64,000 bases of DNA from Puccinia triticina. Its lineage: Eukaryota. The DNA lies in contig CP110439.1 of the NCBI GenBank assembly GCA_026914245.1, positions 7,068,001-7,132,000 on the forward strand, given 5' to 3'. The notes beneath the pieces were generated by a model that worked only from the letters and a program-made list of their open reading frames with translations, did not search any database and was not told where the DNA came from. A program made the position numbers and the translations under genes. Below are positions 23,646 to 36,244 of this stretch, piece after piece. The stretch's first letter is position 1, and every line of letters starts with the position of its first letter.

Positions 23646-24409
23646 TGTGAGAATTCCAGCTCAGGGGAGCGGAGCCATCCTCATAAATTGAGGAAGGTCA
23701 CGCGAACCAACTCAGCTGCGGAAAATGGTAAGCAAACGCGAACCACTTCCGCAGTCCAAATCAGGAGCCGCGGGAGTCGTGAAACTAAAATCATCCTTTG
23801 GATTTTTACAGTTCCGACGAACGTAAGCAATCCGATTAGGCTTAAGGAAAATCCAGGCCCACGTTCACTTATCGAGAGAATCTCAGTTAGCGCCAAAGGT
23901 AAGCGACTGTGGAGAACTCAAGATAAGCCTGACAAGATAGACACTAATGTGCTATTGCTTCTTTTAGACAGAACTGTCAAGAGCAACCAGACCAAACATC
24001 CCAATACCGCTCAAAGAGCAGGAGAAACTATCGGTAAGAGTGTCGAGTCCTTTGTCAGGCAAAGAGGCAACAGAAACGCAGTAGCTAACGCTACGGTGTT
24101 CTGTAAGCAGAAAACGTTGCATCGCTACTCAGCCGCTTCGCCGAAGCCAAGTGAGGAAACCCTCAGGTCAAAGACCGCCTCAAGTAAGAAGAAATGACAA
24201 CTTGATAAAAAAGAAAAGAAAGGTAGAGAACTAATACCGAGATATTGTTTGTCTAGTCAATTAGTCAACTCAACACATATCTGCATTTCCTATCCCTTTC
24301 TTTTCATTCTCTCTTATCAGTAGAGAGCGGCCTAGTTCCTGCTCTTAGGTAATTCTTTCTTACTTCAAGACATCCTTTCATTTCTATTCATCAGCTATAT
24401 GTATTTACA
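23646..24409. mobile_element. Probable solo LTR (764 bp) inserted in the Gypsy gag
   Basis: TGT...ACA ends with flanks ATAAT/ATAAC (4 of 5 match). Much of it is CpG-rich, against CpG-poor flanks. Confidence 0.55.
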
Positions 24410-24457
24410 ATAACAGTTAGTCTGATAAAGAATCAAATCTTAGTTCTTTGGACTTTT

Positions 24458-27113
24458 TCAATAATCAATTGGTCCATGATCAATATAAGGGAATTCATCA
24501 CTGGCATTAGGACTATTGTCATTACTATTTGGCTTATAGGAATTGGCTCTGGTATGTTGATGAGAGTCAAGTAAAGGAGTGCTGTTCCAAATAGGAGCTG
24601 GTCTATGGGAATCAGAATGATGGGGATGTTTCTGATGCTCCTGGTTGATTTTCTCTTCTTGCTGGACATTAAGCATTGGATTGTTGTAGTTAATATGAGG
24701 AGGGTGATCTCTGTTCACAGGTTCTATTAGGGCTTCTAGTCTAGAATTCACACTGTTAACCACAGAAGAAATGTCACTACATCTCCTGCTCACTTTCTCA
24801 AATCTGTTATGCTCATTGACTTGAAGGTCACTCATCTGATTCTCAAGGGAAGATAATTTGTTGCTCATTTTATCTTCTATCTTGGACAGGCTCTTACCAA
24901 GTGTATCCATATTTGATTGGCATTGGGACTCATTCACTAGGATCAAATCCTGGACACTCTCTAGTTTCTCATCAATGTGTTTTCTCAGTTGTTCCAATTC
25001 AAGATGATTCACGCTTGATTTCTCTCTGGCATGTTCACCTAGGTGGGACAGGATATAATCAAGAAGAGTTGGCATAAATTCCTCTTTAAATATTTCTAGG
25101 ACAGAATTATTTAGAGCTTCTTTGAAATTGTTCACACATGAGTCTAACAAGGTACCAGGGATGGTTTCAACAGTTCCAGTCAGATCAGACAAAAATTTTG
25201 AGAAAAGGACTTGGAGTTTTTCTTCTACTAATAGGGGACCATTATTAGACAGATTGTTGGTTAAGTTGTTAAGAAAAAATTCTCTACTAGAGGGGCTAGA
25301 GAGATTATCAGAGTCCAGACTTAAGCCTACAGGGGAGTCAGAATTTAACGAGAATTTCCTCTGCCTCTCCCTCTCCCTCTTCTGCGGCTCCTGCCGCTGG
25401 TGATTCTCATCAGGAACTCTCCTACATTGAGAATCCTGTGAGTCTCCGCTACGCCCTGATCCCTGTTCCTCTTGTATCCTCTCCAGCCTTGCAAAGGGGC
25501 TCGGTGCTGTCGTTGCGCGGTTTGACCGTCCCATTGTTGATAATGGGGTTGATGTTGATGGTACTGCGCGTTGTGATGTTGATACGGGTGGTGGCGCGGT
25601 GCTTGGTTCCCACCGTGGTGTATAGAAGCTTGCGGGCGTGTAGCTATTGGTTGCTGCGGCGGCGGCGGAGGGGCCCTCTGGCCTTGCTGATGCGTATGTG
25701 CCTGGGAGTGCTGGTCTGGCTGTTGGAGTTGCATAGGCGCCGGCGTAGGAGAGGCTATTGGGAGCCTGTGGTTGGGGTCGGGCGCCAAAGCCGTGCTTGT
25801 TGTGGTAGGAGGAGCTGTCATGGTGGTTGGAGGAGCGTACATCGGCGGGGGTTGCTCTATTTGAGGTCTGTTGTATAGAGACCGCTCCAAGTTGTTCAGT
25901 TCTGCGCGAGGAATCCATTCCTGACATAGGCGCAAAGAATCCTCCCACCCTACTAACTCCTCTATCAAGTCCTGCGTGGTCGCGGCTTGAGAGAGAATCA
26001 TCCGCATGGTTCTCACGTTCTGGGACTCCCGGGCTCTGACAAATAAATTGAACTGGTTGTTGAATAGATTCACTAGGCTCGCAATCTCGCTCTCTTCCTG
26101 GATGATCTCCATCAGGGCGTGCGTTTCTGCCGGCTTTTGAAGTGGTGGTTGGGTCGGAGCAAATGGATGAAGGGCCAAGTCCGGTGAAGTCCCCGGCCTC
26201 AAGCCTTCTTGGTTGGTAGGCTGGGGGGGCTGCGGATTCGTTGTTTGAAAGCTGTCTGACGGAATCATTTGTTCCCTCTTGGCGGGTCTTGGCACCGGTG
26301 TGGACCTGTTTGATGCCAGAGCTAGGGAAGTTTCCCTTGGGTTGTAGAGAGCTGGGGGAATTCCCGTGTCCGGCGGCAAGGTTTACTCCTGGGGGAATTG
26401 AAGAAAATCCTCTCCCAGCGGAGGCAAAGCTGATTCTAGCTCTTCAAAGCCTCTCCTCGGCTGCGGGGCTGAGTTGGTAGCGGAGTCGTTGCTCTGCTGA
26501 GAGGTCCCTTCCATTTCTGAGATGGGGGGGCATTTTGTTTAAGAGTAGTTATTAGATTTGTTTTGTTATATTTTATTTTTAAAGAAGTTAAAGAAATAAA
26601 GATAAAAAAAATACCTGAAGGTTTAGCTTTTGCGGAAAGTCTACGGCTTTTACGCGTAGTAGAAGAGACTTTCTTCTTCTTTTCTTTAGCTTTGGTCTTT
26701 GCGGGAGGTTCAGACGTCCAGTCGGCTATATCAACAGCGGCTGTGACCTTCCTGCGATGGACTTTTGGGTATGTAGTTGTAGCAATGGGAGTCCACGAAG
26801 TGCTACTAATCAGATTTCCATTTTGCAGAGTAGCTATAATTCTGTCTTTGTAGTCTTCTTCTTCTGTGCTGTCCTGCGCCGTTGAGAAATTTTCTGCGGT
26901 CAAAAGCGGTAATAGTAGTTTGGAAGGCAAGGAATCTTTTGGGGGCACTCTGTTTTTTGATATCTCCTCTTGATCCAAAGGTATAGAGGAACCAATGGAG
27001 GATAAGTCTGACAAAGGAATAAAAAGGGCCGCGGAAGAGTGCAATTCTGCACTTTCACAAGTAGAGGTGACGTGAAAAAAAAATTTCAAGGGTTCAGTTA
27101 GGGATTTAATCAA
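24458..27113 (-). CDS. Upstream ORFs of the Gypsy element (gag N-terminal coiled-coil region and Pro/Gln-rich overlapping ORFs)
   Basis: ORFs 24458-25948 (496 aa), 25345-26379 (344 aa) and 26436-27113 (225 aa) lie between the PBS and gag-pol. Confidence 0.5.
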
Positions 27114-27301
27114 TGTAGAACCAATTTGGGATAGTTTTGAGAGATTTTTAGAGTTATTAGTATATGTAGAAAGAATTTCTTTTGAATTTTTTCAAATTTT
27201 ATGAATTTTTAGTTTGATTTAATCAGGATGGTCAGTCCTTGGCTTTTTAAGCAGTCTAGAAGTATGAAAAAGGGAGGATATTTCCCAATGAGGCCCCCAA
27301 T

Positions 27302-28165
27302 TGTGAGCCTGAGCCTCTATAGTGGCTACAGGACACAAGAAAAATGGGGAGCACTGGTTGTATTTCTTGGGATAGAGAACTACAAACAGTGAGTAAGAGA
27401 GAAAGAGAAAGAAAGAGAAATGTATGATCTGGAGGAGGTCTATCTACTCCTTATAGGAGGATCCTCAAAATTCAACTTGAACCACCTGGAAAAGTGGTAA
27501 GGACAGCTGTGCCAGACCAACAGGGGGTACAGCCTCCGCGCGCACCAAGGAGACAGTGGGGGGACACAGAATAGTAATAGTAATTTGCTCTGATTTTTAG
27601 ACTGAGTCTAGGATTAACAGAGTAACCTTTGATCTTGAGCAGGATTGATGTGAAAGCAATAAAGAGAAGCAATCAAGAGACACAGAGAAATCACTCTGGA
27701 TAATCAAGGTTCAAATGAAGAGTATACTTACTGTCAATAACCTAGGCGCCTGTGACGGTAGGTGTACTGGGAGCGTGGTATCCTCTTGTGGGGTGATCCT
27801 GGGTTATCTACGGCGTGGTTCTGGGTGGTCTGAAGTCTGTAGATCCTCCTCAGGCAAGGGGGATCCTTAATTCGAAAATTTTCACAGTTTGCTTATGTAA
27901 TTACATATGTACATGTGGTTTGGCGCGCTTGGTAGCGCTGACACATCACAACTGCGCATGCGCGCCACAACTCAAGAACTCAGGGAAGGAGTATAGTTAC
28001 AAAGAATTGGTAAGTTGTAACTAGGGTTAAAATTGCATGAGGAAACAGAATATGAAGTCAAAACAATGATATCTCTTAAGATTAAAAAGATATGAAGTAA
28101 TTTCATATGTAATAAGTAGAAAAGAGGCAGACTTTAGGTCAGCTGTATTGACTCTAAGGCTGACA
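27302..28165 (-). repeat. 5' LTR (864 bp)
   Basis: Direct repeat of 18020-18900. Confidence 0.95.
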
Positions 28166-29608
28166 GGTGTAGCAGAGGGATTTGGTAAAGATTGTGGCTT
28201 TTAATTAGAAACCCACATGTCCCATGCAAGGGGTATAGCCTTGGCAATCCAATTGGGCTCCCAGTTCGCCAACTTAAAGTATCCGTCCCAAAACAAGGGG
28301 TGTAGGACTTAAACCAAAAATAATACAAGTCATTAAATATTAATCGTTTGATAAATCAAAGAAGAAAGAACTTACAAATTGCAATTCTGTAGAGAGGAGA
28401 TGTGTTGGTCAAACTGTAATATTTGTTTGTGATCTTCAATCCAATCCGGCATGCATTCCTCAAAGCTGGAGGATATTCCTTGTTCTTGATAGCTATTGAT
28501 AAATGATCAGTGATTTGGTCAATGAATACCACTGTGTCTGCCAAACGGGCCGACCCAGGAACAGATACTTGTAGAGTTATCTCATGAAACAGATTGAGGA
28601 CTTGAACCAAATCGCGCGCCATGCAAAAGTCGGACTTGTCCACATGAAACTTGCGGTCCACGCCATGCCGTTTGAGTCGCTGCCATTCGGGTCTTTGATA
28701 TTGTAAAAAGGGCTCAGCTATAGTTAATCTGAGAAAAATGAGATGAAATGAAACTTAGAATGCAGCTTCACACCGGATTATGCATTTGAGTTGGGAATTT
28801 GTGGAATTCCATCTCGTACAAACATCTCTTTCAATCAAATGTGGTGTGTTGCACCCTTTCTCTTGACATATCTCAACAAACTCGGTCCGCAAATTGGGAG
28901 AGAATTGTAATTTCTTGGCTATTGGGCGGAACTATAGCCACATTCAACATCAGTACAAAAATTTTTAACATGTAATTTGAGCATAGTATGCATACTTTCA
29001 CTTACTTTGGCCAAACTTCCTTTGCAAAGTGCACTTGTATAGATATTGCCTTCATCTTCATCACTTGCATTTTCAATATCCTCCTCAACAAGGGATTCAG
29101 AAACTTCATTATTGGCCTCAGGATTTGAATCACCATCACTTAATTCTTCATTGGACAATGCAGCGGGCTCTTCACCGCGGGCAAGGCTTGAATAACAGAG
29201 TAAACATGATCAGGATTGAGTCAAACAGTCCAAGAAACGAGAGACAAACCAATTTACATTTGAATTTGTCCCTCCGCATTGTCCTCTTCAGAAGATGAAC
29301 CATCAGGCTCCACCAATAATGAAATTGATCCCGTATTAGTCTTCTTCCTATGGGTTCCAAACGGCCAAAGGATCCCCTGGACAATCAGATTCAGGATATG
29401 AGTGAAGCAGCAAATGTATTTGGAATCACCCTTGAACCGTGTCCACTTCAACCTCTTGAGCTCCTTGACCATTGCTTCATTGTTTGATGCGTTTTTGCTC
29501 ACCATCCCACAAATCTAATAACCAAAAAGCTCAGTCAGGCTTTTGAAGAGACTACTTGAGAGAAAGTATATGGCTTACCTGATTCTGGATACCAAACTTC
29601 TCTACAAC

Positions 29609-30228
29609 CAACACTGCAAGAGCTATGCTTCGCTACAAAAAGCGGCGCTTTTGCGTAGCGAAGCGGAAACACGCTACTCTGGATCCAGAGTAGCGTTAGC
29701 GCTAGCAAAAAATCGCTACTTTGAGCGGTAGCGAAGCTCCAGAACCGCTACTGCAGTTTTGGCCTGCGCGTAGCGAAGCGCCTTTTTTTGCCGCTTCGCT
29801 ACAGTATAGCGCAGCGGAAAAATTGACGCTTTTTGGCGCTAATAGCGCTTTTTAGCGCCAAAAGCGTAGCGAACCGGGTCGCTTTTGTGCCAAAAGCGTA
29901 GCGGGCATGTCTGCCTTCTGGTGGAAAATGCCAGAAATAGTACACAAACATCAATCCTCCATCATTTTATGATGGTCAGTATTGATGGTTGAATGGTGCT
30001 ACGGTAGCGCAACAAAATCGCTACAGTAGCGTTTTTTCCGCTACTATAGCGAGAAGCGTAGCAAATTGCCGCTACTCTCCGCTAAAAAAAGCGCGCTATT
30101 TTCTTTATTTTTTTCCCCATAAAAAATGTAGCAAATAGCGAAGCGCCAAGCCTGCTACAAAAATCTTAGCAAAGCAAGGCTAAAACCGCTACGCTGCCGC
30201 TTTGAGTAGCTTAGCTCTTGAACTGTTG
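29609..30228. mobile_element. P-element-like MITE (620 bp) inserted in a hAT transposase exon
   Basis: TIR CAACACTGCAAGAGCTA / TAGCTCTTGAACTGTTG with 7-bp TSD CTACAAC. Removing it restores ...RLVVEKFGIQNQ. The interior is rich in GCTAC/GTAGC. Confidence 0.85.
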
Positions 30229-32200
30229 CTACAACCAGTCGGATTGTCTTGGCCAAGTACTCGCCAGTGTGCCGTTGGGAAAGTCGAACAAAGTCAAGAG
30301 GCATGGCCTCTAGTTAAAACTCACCGGTGTCTTCTTCTTTTAATCTATATATAACCACACCTAAGATGTCATACCCGTTTGGTGACTGACAGGCGTCAAC
30401 CCCTAAGTATAAGGCACCTTTGTGTGCCTAATGACATAAAATCAGTTGATTTGTAACATCATTGCACAAGAAAGGAAAAAGCAGGGGCCCTTACCTGCAA
30501 TCTAGATTGGTAGCTGTCTTGCATCGCCAAGTAAAGTAAGTGAATGTCTTTGGAGACCGCTTTTCTGGTTGGCAAATTCTTGAGAACAGTTGGATGGAGG
30601 ATCTTTTGATGGCTAGCGTCCACAAGTGCCGAAAAAGGCCGAGCAGCTTCAGCGCACCATATTGCGCATAGTTGCGGAACTTGAGGCATATCAACAATAA
30701 GAGCCCAATCTAAAAGTGAATCATCATAAGCCACATACCTCTTTTTCTTCGATTGCCCCAGTGCCTGTAATCCCAAACCCATCTAATGTACGGTTCTTTT
30801 GTGTTTTGTTAAGCTTCCGGATGCAATTCAATGCATGCTTGATGAGGTTACTACATGAGGAGTCCAAGGTTGGCCGGCTAATCCTATTTCCACACCTGAA
30901 CATGGCCTTCAGCAATCTACCTACAAAGTGTTGTAGGGGTAAAGAAACAAGAAAAGAAACTTACAAGAGGCAGGGGTATGCAATCATCCGCCTCCCAGTC
31001 TTATCTTTTTGATTGGAAAGCTTGGGTTTTGCGTAAGATTTATAGCTGACACTGATGGAATTCTTGGCAACCTTCTGAGCTCGAACTAGTAATGTGGAAC
31101 AGTTGTTAGATGTGGGATTTTAGTTTTTAACAAGTAGAATGAAGCCATCCAGCCTACTCACGTAACTCCTCCTTGTCTGTCGGTTGGCAAAGTCCTCCTG
31201 ATGCGGCTGGTTTGTCCTTGGCCAGGCTTTCAGAAGCATTCTGAGACAATGAGGTTGATTGAGTCCTTGATTTCTTGCTGTGTTGTTGGCTGCGAGTCAG
31301 TGGCATGTTGGCGGCTGAGATGTGGATGGATGTAAGGGATATTGCTGATACCCAATGTCCGACCGGCACCCATGATCCCTCCCTTGCCCCCCTGCCCCCC
31401 CCCCCCCCCCTGCCCCACAGGGGGGGGGAGGTACCCTTACGGGTACCCGGGTACCGGGTTGTTTTTTCTCCAAAAGCCGACACCCAACACCGCACCCGGC
31501 ACTGCCTGGCGGGTGCGCAACAGGTGTGAGGGGTACCCGCCCGGGGGTTCCGGGTACCCAAAGGCATTCCCTACCATAGCTACACCACAGGCCGTCAAGA
31601 ACGTTGATTAGACATGCATTTGGAAATTCCGGGAATGTCCAGCTCTGGCGCTGCAGGAAACGTCCACTGGATGCCACCCAAAGTTTGCCCCCTTTTGCCA
31701 CCAAAACTTTGAAACCCCTGGGGGTTGCGCGTCATAAATTTGACCATTTATATTGTATAACGCGGCAGCCAAACAGGGACCAAAAGTCTTGTAATCAATA
31801 TTTGAAAAAATGTGGTAGATTCCAAGATAGCTCTTACTTTCATATAGTAATCTCTATCAGACCTAAATATCTAATTCAATACATTTTCAGATCAGTTATA
31901 GCTATGGATGACATGGTTGTTATGGTAAGTTCTTCTACTGTTTTTGATGTTATCATGTGTTCTACTACTTCTACTAATACTACTAATATGCTAATAAGAA
32001 GAATTGGTTATTGGCTCTACTACTGCACTAACACTCCAACTTAATAAACTCTACACCACTCAAAAGTACTACTTCTAAACTACTACTAATGCTAAACTAC
32101 CATATGTGACCAGACCTCTGTAGGTTGATGGGGAAAAAGAGAAAGTATGGGGGGAGAAGAGCTCCTTTTATGTTGAAGAGTGAGGGATTTTAGCTCAAGG

Positions 32201-32676
32201 CAACACTGGGTCGCTACTCTAACCATAGCGGTTAGCGTAGCGTAGCGCAGCGCAAATGCGCTATTTTTTAGCGTAGCGTTAGCGCAATTGCACGCATATG
32301 CGCTAACGCTACGCGCACGCGGTGCGCAGCTATTTTAGCTGATAGCGTAGCGTTAGCGCAGATGCGCGCAATTGCGCTAACGCTACACATGCAGGGCGCA
32401 AAAGAGCGCGCGCTACGCTGCGCTACAGCGCCTTTAGCGGGAAAAAAGGGCTTTTTTCCGCTAAAAGCGCTGTAGTGCAGCGCAGCGTAGCGTAGCGACT
32501 GTAGCGGCGCGCTAACGCTAACAAAGAATTGGCGCGCTGTTAGCGCCGCTGAAAATTAGCGCAGCGTAGCGGCGCTAACAGCGCGCTAACGCTATGCAAA
32601 ATAGATGGGCGCTTTTTGCCGCTACGCTAACGTGTAGCGCTGAAATAGCGTAGCATAGCGTAGCGACCCAGTGTTG
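32201..32676. mobile_element. P-element-like MITE (476 bp)
   Basis: Perfect 17-bp TIR CAACACTGGGTCGCTAC with 7-bp TSD CTCAAGG. Internal AGCGT/GCTAC array. Confidence 0.9.
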
Positions 32677-34266
32677 CTCAAGGGGAACATGTGTAAAGGA
32701 ATTTAGCTGCAGGGGATCTCAGCTGCACAGCATATGTAAACCTGTACTGCACAACCTCACAAACAATGAGGCAATTATGCTGCAGTGACACTCTTTGTAC
32801 ACCTTATCTGCCTGCATATATTGCACTAGCTGCTGTCATGCCTTGCTATGCAACCAACCCACCTTCCATATCCTTCATAATGTGTTGCTATGTAACCAAG
32901 CCACCTTCCATAGCCTTCAGAATGTTTTGCTCTCTTACCAAGCCACCTTCCATGCACTCTGAACCTAACTAGAATATTCCCTCTTTCCAGGATTTGGAGG
33001 TCAAAGCCTTTCTCTGATCCTCCTTCCCTGTCCTTGTGTCTTCATTGTGTATTCTTCTATCCAATCTGCTGTGGTGACCAAAAGGGTGTATGTACATAAA
33101 TGTTGTGACTGTTGTGTAAGACTGGCTCCTCCTTGTATAATGGGTTTCATGTGTATGTAACTGTACTATCACAATACCTTTACATATTGTGACTCTGCTT
33201 AAGCTTGAACAATTCAAGATTTTCAGTGGGCCAAAGTTATGGCCTTTGAGCCACAGCACCGGTAAGATTTTGGTTTTCTGACCAACACAGCTGCAAACTT
33301 GGCATATCAGCCCCTTATTGCTGCCCAGCAGGAAGGGTGAAAAACTGAACTCAAATGTCAGGATTCCATGATTTTGAGTTCACAGCTCAAAAATCTGTCC
33401 AAGTATTCCTGGAATCACAATATGTGCTTTTTACATTGCAACAGGCACAGCACACCACACCAGAGCAAACCGTTCATCACTCCTCTTGTTGAACAGTCCG
33501 CTCTGTTCATTGATGGAGTGTTTCTCCTCTTGTTGACAGGAGAAGACCCGGTCAACTTAATCCCCTCAATGACTGGGTCTGCTCCAGTCACTGAGAGGTT
33601 TGTTTCTCCTCTCAATGACCATGTGTGTTCCGGTTTGCCTCTTGCATCCGGGTACTTGCCACTTGCACCATAGACAAGGAAACGGGCCTAAAGCCCAAAT
33701 ACAGAAACAACAAGGGGAACAGAAATGGAATTGTGTGGCGCCTTTGTTGTCTTGAGGTGGAGGCGCACGTGTTGTGATGGCACCCAAGCCCCTAACTTAA
33801 CTAAGTCCCTCTCTATGTGGAGGGGGGATGCCGTCCCGCAGGGACCCTCCAAAGGAGGCAAGCCCGGTGCAAGGGCGAGGGTCCAGATCAAAGTGTCGCA
33901 GGGCTGAGATCCTGAAACGTCTGGAAGGCCCAAGCCTTTTGGGAGGGCAAGGTTTGGGTGAACCTTGGAGCCGGTGTCCGGGTGTTCCGGGCACGGCTAC
34001 ACAATCTCCAGTCCACAAACGCCAACCCGCCGTGTGACTGCACAATTGTCACCGAAACGTTTGTGAAATACAAGAGCATAGGAGCTATAGGAGCTCACTC
34101 AACCGCAAATGTCTCGCATTGATTGGTGTCCACATCATATTGTGTTTTCCAAATAGCTTGGAACGAGATGGTTTTTTATTTTTTATTTTATGCATTTATT
34201 CCAAGTGGCCAGATTAACTTCTGGCTGAAGTATCCCTTACAGCTTGTGTAATGGGTCCGGTTCTTG

Positions 34267-35032
34267 GTCGGCCCCTCTGTTGGGGCGGAGGGCAGTGTCC
34301 GTTTGCATTGGTAATGGGTGGGCTAGGTCAACAATGAGCTCCGGTTCAGAATCTCAACTCACTTTTTACTGAACCCTGCTTCAAGATCATCTTCCAGAGG
34401 ATGATGGCTTTGAGTTCTGGGCTGCGTCTGACACCTGTCAACTCAAAACTTGGACTGGATATGAAAAATATGCAATCTTCATGGATCCACCAAAAAAAAA
34501 AAAAAAAGAAAGGTTCCAAGCTTTACGGAAAAGACAATATTGTCTTTTCTAGAATGCTTGGATTTTTTCCTCAAATTCTGGTTTTGTTATGCACTTAACC
34601 TAAAATCACAGTTTGCACCAAACTTAGGGCAAACCTTGCATTCAAGGTTATTTAAGCACATGCACAAAAAAATCACCACCCAACTTTAAAGAAACTTTGA
34701 TGTTTACTTCTGCCTGGGATGACAACCCAGCCCTCTGTCGGCCCCTCCCTGGCCCCCGTACTGGCAGAGGGCAGCGGCCGATGGTCATGGGCACTGGCTG
34801 GTGGGGTAAGAAAGGCACTCCGGTTTAGAATATGAACTCGGTTTTTCTCTTACCCGACGTGTAGACCACCTACTGGAGGATGTTGGCTCCGGGGGTGGAT
34901 TTGGCCTTGGGCCTTATCTGACATCTGTCAAGATGCCGCATGCGGAGGGATATGAAAAATATGGCATTTCCCTCGTTCAACGAAACAAGAAATTTTGAGA
35001 AATCATCCAAGCTTTACGGAAAAGACAATATT
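34267..35032 (+). repeat. Two diverged direct copies of a ~280-300 bp unit
   Basis: 34267-34541 and 34737-35032 share GTCGGCCCCTC, CTCCGGTT, GATATGAAAAATATG and CCAAGCTTTACGGAAAAGACAATATT in the same order. Confidence 0.75.
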
Positions 35033-35559
35033 TGGATCTCTTCAAATTTACGATTCGTCGGTTGGGCGTCCAGCTCATACATACAATTTGGTATGGTTTT
35101 CTTTTGTCACATTCCGTACTTCTTTCTACATCACACTGATCCTGCAACCCACAGTTATAGATGTACGCAAGCCTGCTCCTTGGCCGACTCGTCAAAGCCA
35201 ATAGGCCAATCTTACTCCAGATTTATTCCCAGGAGGCAAATACCAAGAAGCTCTTGGGCGGCTTCACAAAATTCAAGCGGATAACGAACTCCTAAGAAAT
35301 CTCCAAGACTTCTTGATTGTCAGAAGAGAAGATGTTTGACTGCATCTTTTCCTTTTCCAGCTCGCCCTCGCCCCCTCCGCGCCAGCGTCAACAGGAGACC
35401 CAACTGATCCGGATACGACTTACTGGACCCGGTGTTCCTGAAGCAGTTGCTTCGCCTTCACCGTAGCAACACCTCAAGAATCTTGAACGTCAATTGCCCG
35501 TATATGTCCCGCGGGTCCCTTGACAAAACTGACCTCGAATCAACGGCTGATTTTGTCGT

Positions 35560-35735
35560 TTTCTCTATTGAATTGCTTCAAGTACTCTACTGTTTTTGGA
35601 GATGAGCTTGACGTAGCTCTTGGCGAAGATGAGGGTTTGGCCGGTGATCAGGCAGGCACTGCAGCCCCAGAGGAGGCCGTCGAGTTTCATCATGGACTGG
35701 TCGGCGCGGCTGAGCGACCAGCGCTCAATGGCGCC
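35560..35735 (-). pseudogene. Possible NIPA-like (Mg transporter family) membrane-protein fragment
   Basis: Minus-strand GLLWGCSACLITGQTLIFAKSYVKLIS resembles a NIPA transmembrane segment. It is short and isolated. Confidence 0.35.
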
Positions 35736-35744
35736 TTTTCATTG

Positions 35745-36244
35745 TGCAAAGCACACGCACACTCTTGATTTTCTTGATAAAGATGGTTGTAGTATTTGGG
35801 TGAGTTTCGAATCTTGGTAGGGGATGTGCTGAATTCGCTTGATAGTTTGTCCGCTCGGCTCCGCAAGTCCACTGATCACTTTTTCCAGAGTTAAGAGACT
35901 AGAATCGCGAAATGTAGTTGACAATTGCTCTGAGTCTGAGTAACGCTATCAAGTATTCATGGTGCTTAGTCCGTACCTCTTGTTGATGAAGGAACCTTCG
36001 CTTCTTCTCTCGAATTCACTGCCAGCGCGTTCATTCCCAGCCAAATCAATCAGACACACTTTAATCTTCCTGACACCGCCATTGTCGCCATGCAATCGCG
36101 ATTCGATCACGATCCCTGAAAGATGGTGTGTGATTGACTGGAGCGCGCATTCCAGTCAGTCCCAGCTACATGCCGCTGTCGCTCTCCCCTGCTCATCAAC
36201 GCGGCCACCTGTCCAACATTTGTCACGACTTCTTCTCTGACTGG
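35745..36244 (-). pseudogene. Kinesin motor-domain fragment (kinesin-7-like)
   Basis: REEVVTNVGQVAALMSRGERQRHVAGTDWNARSSQSHTIF/IVIESR...LIDLAGNER...EGSFINK, intron, LLTLEKVISGLA...HIPYQDSKLTQILQPSL. Frameshifted, with no P-loop exon nearby. Confidence 0.8.

Larger units (their letters stand above)
18020..28165 (-). mobile_element. Ty3/Gypsy chromovirus LTR retrotransposon, full length but disabled
   Basis: LTRs 27302-28165 (5') and 18020-18900 (3'), TG...CA. 5-bp TSD GGTGT. PBS TGGGGGCCTCATTGGGAA (tRNA-Pro-like) and PPT GGTGGTAGGGAA. Domain order PR-RT-RH-IN-chromo. Confidence 0.97.
17422..31306 (-). pseudogene. Multi-exon hAT transposase, disrupted
   Basis: Motifs GVDACQSPNG (~30390), CFTHILNLIV (~29400), DVCTRWNST (~28810) and dimerisation region LKWW...ALDVLSCP (~17750). 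An in-frame stop (~30315) and two insertions interrupt it. Confidence 0.85.
17229..31573 (-). mobile_element. hAT transposon expanded by nested Gypsy and P-like MITE insertions
   Basis: TIR TAGGGAATGCC/GGCATTCCCTA. 8-bp TSD CCATAGCT at 17221-17228 and 31574-31581. GGTACC-rich subterminal repeats at both ends. Confidence 0.92.

Noticed and set aside
32105..33200. Possible solo LTR around the second P-like MITE
   Set aside because: It starts TGTGACC and looks LTR-like, but I found no matching CA end with a TSD.
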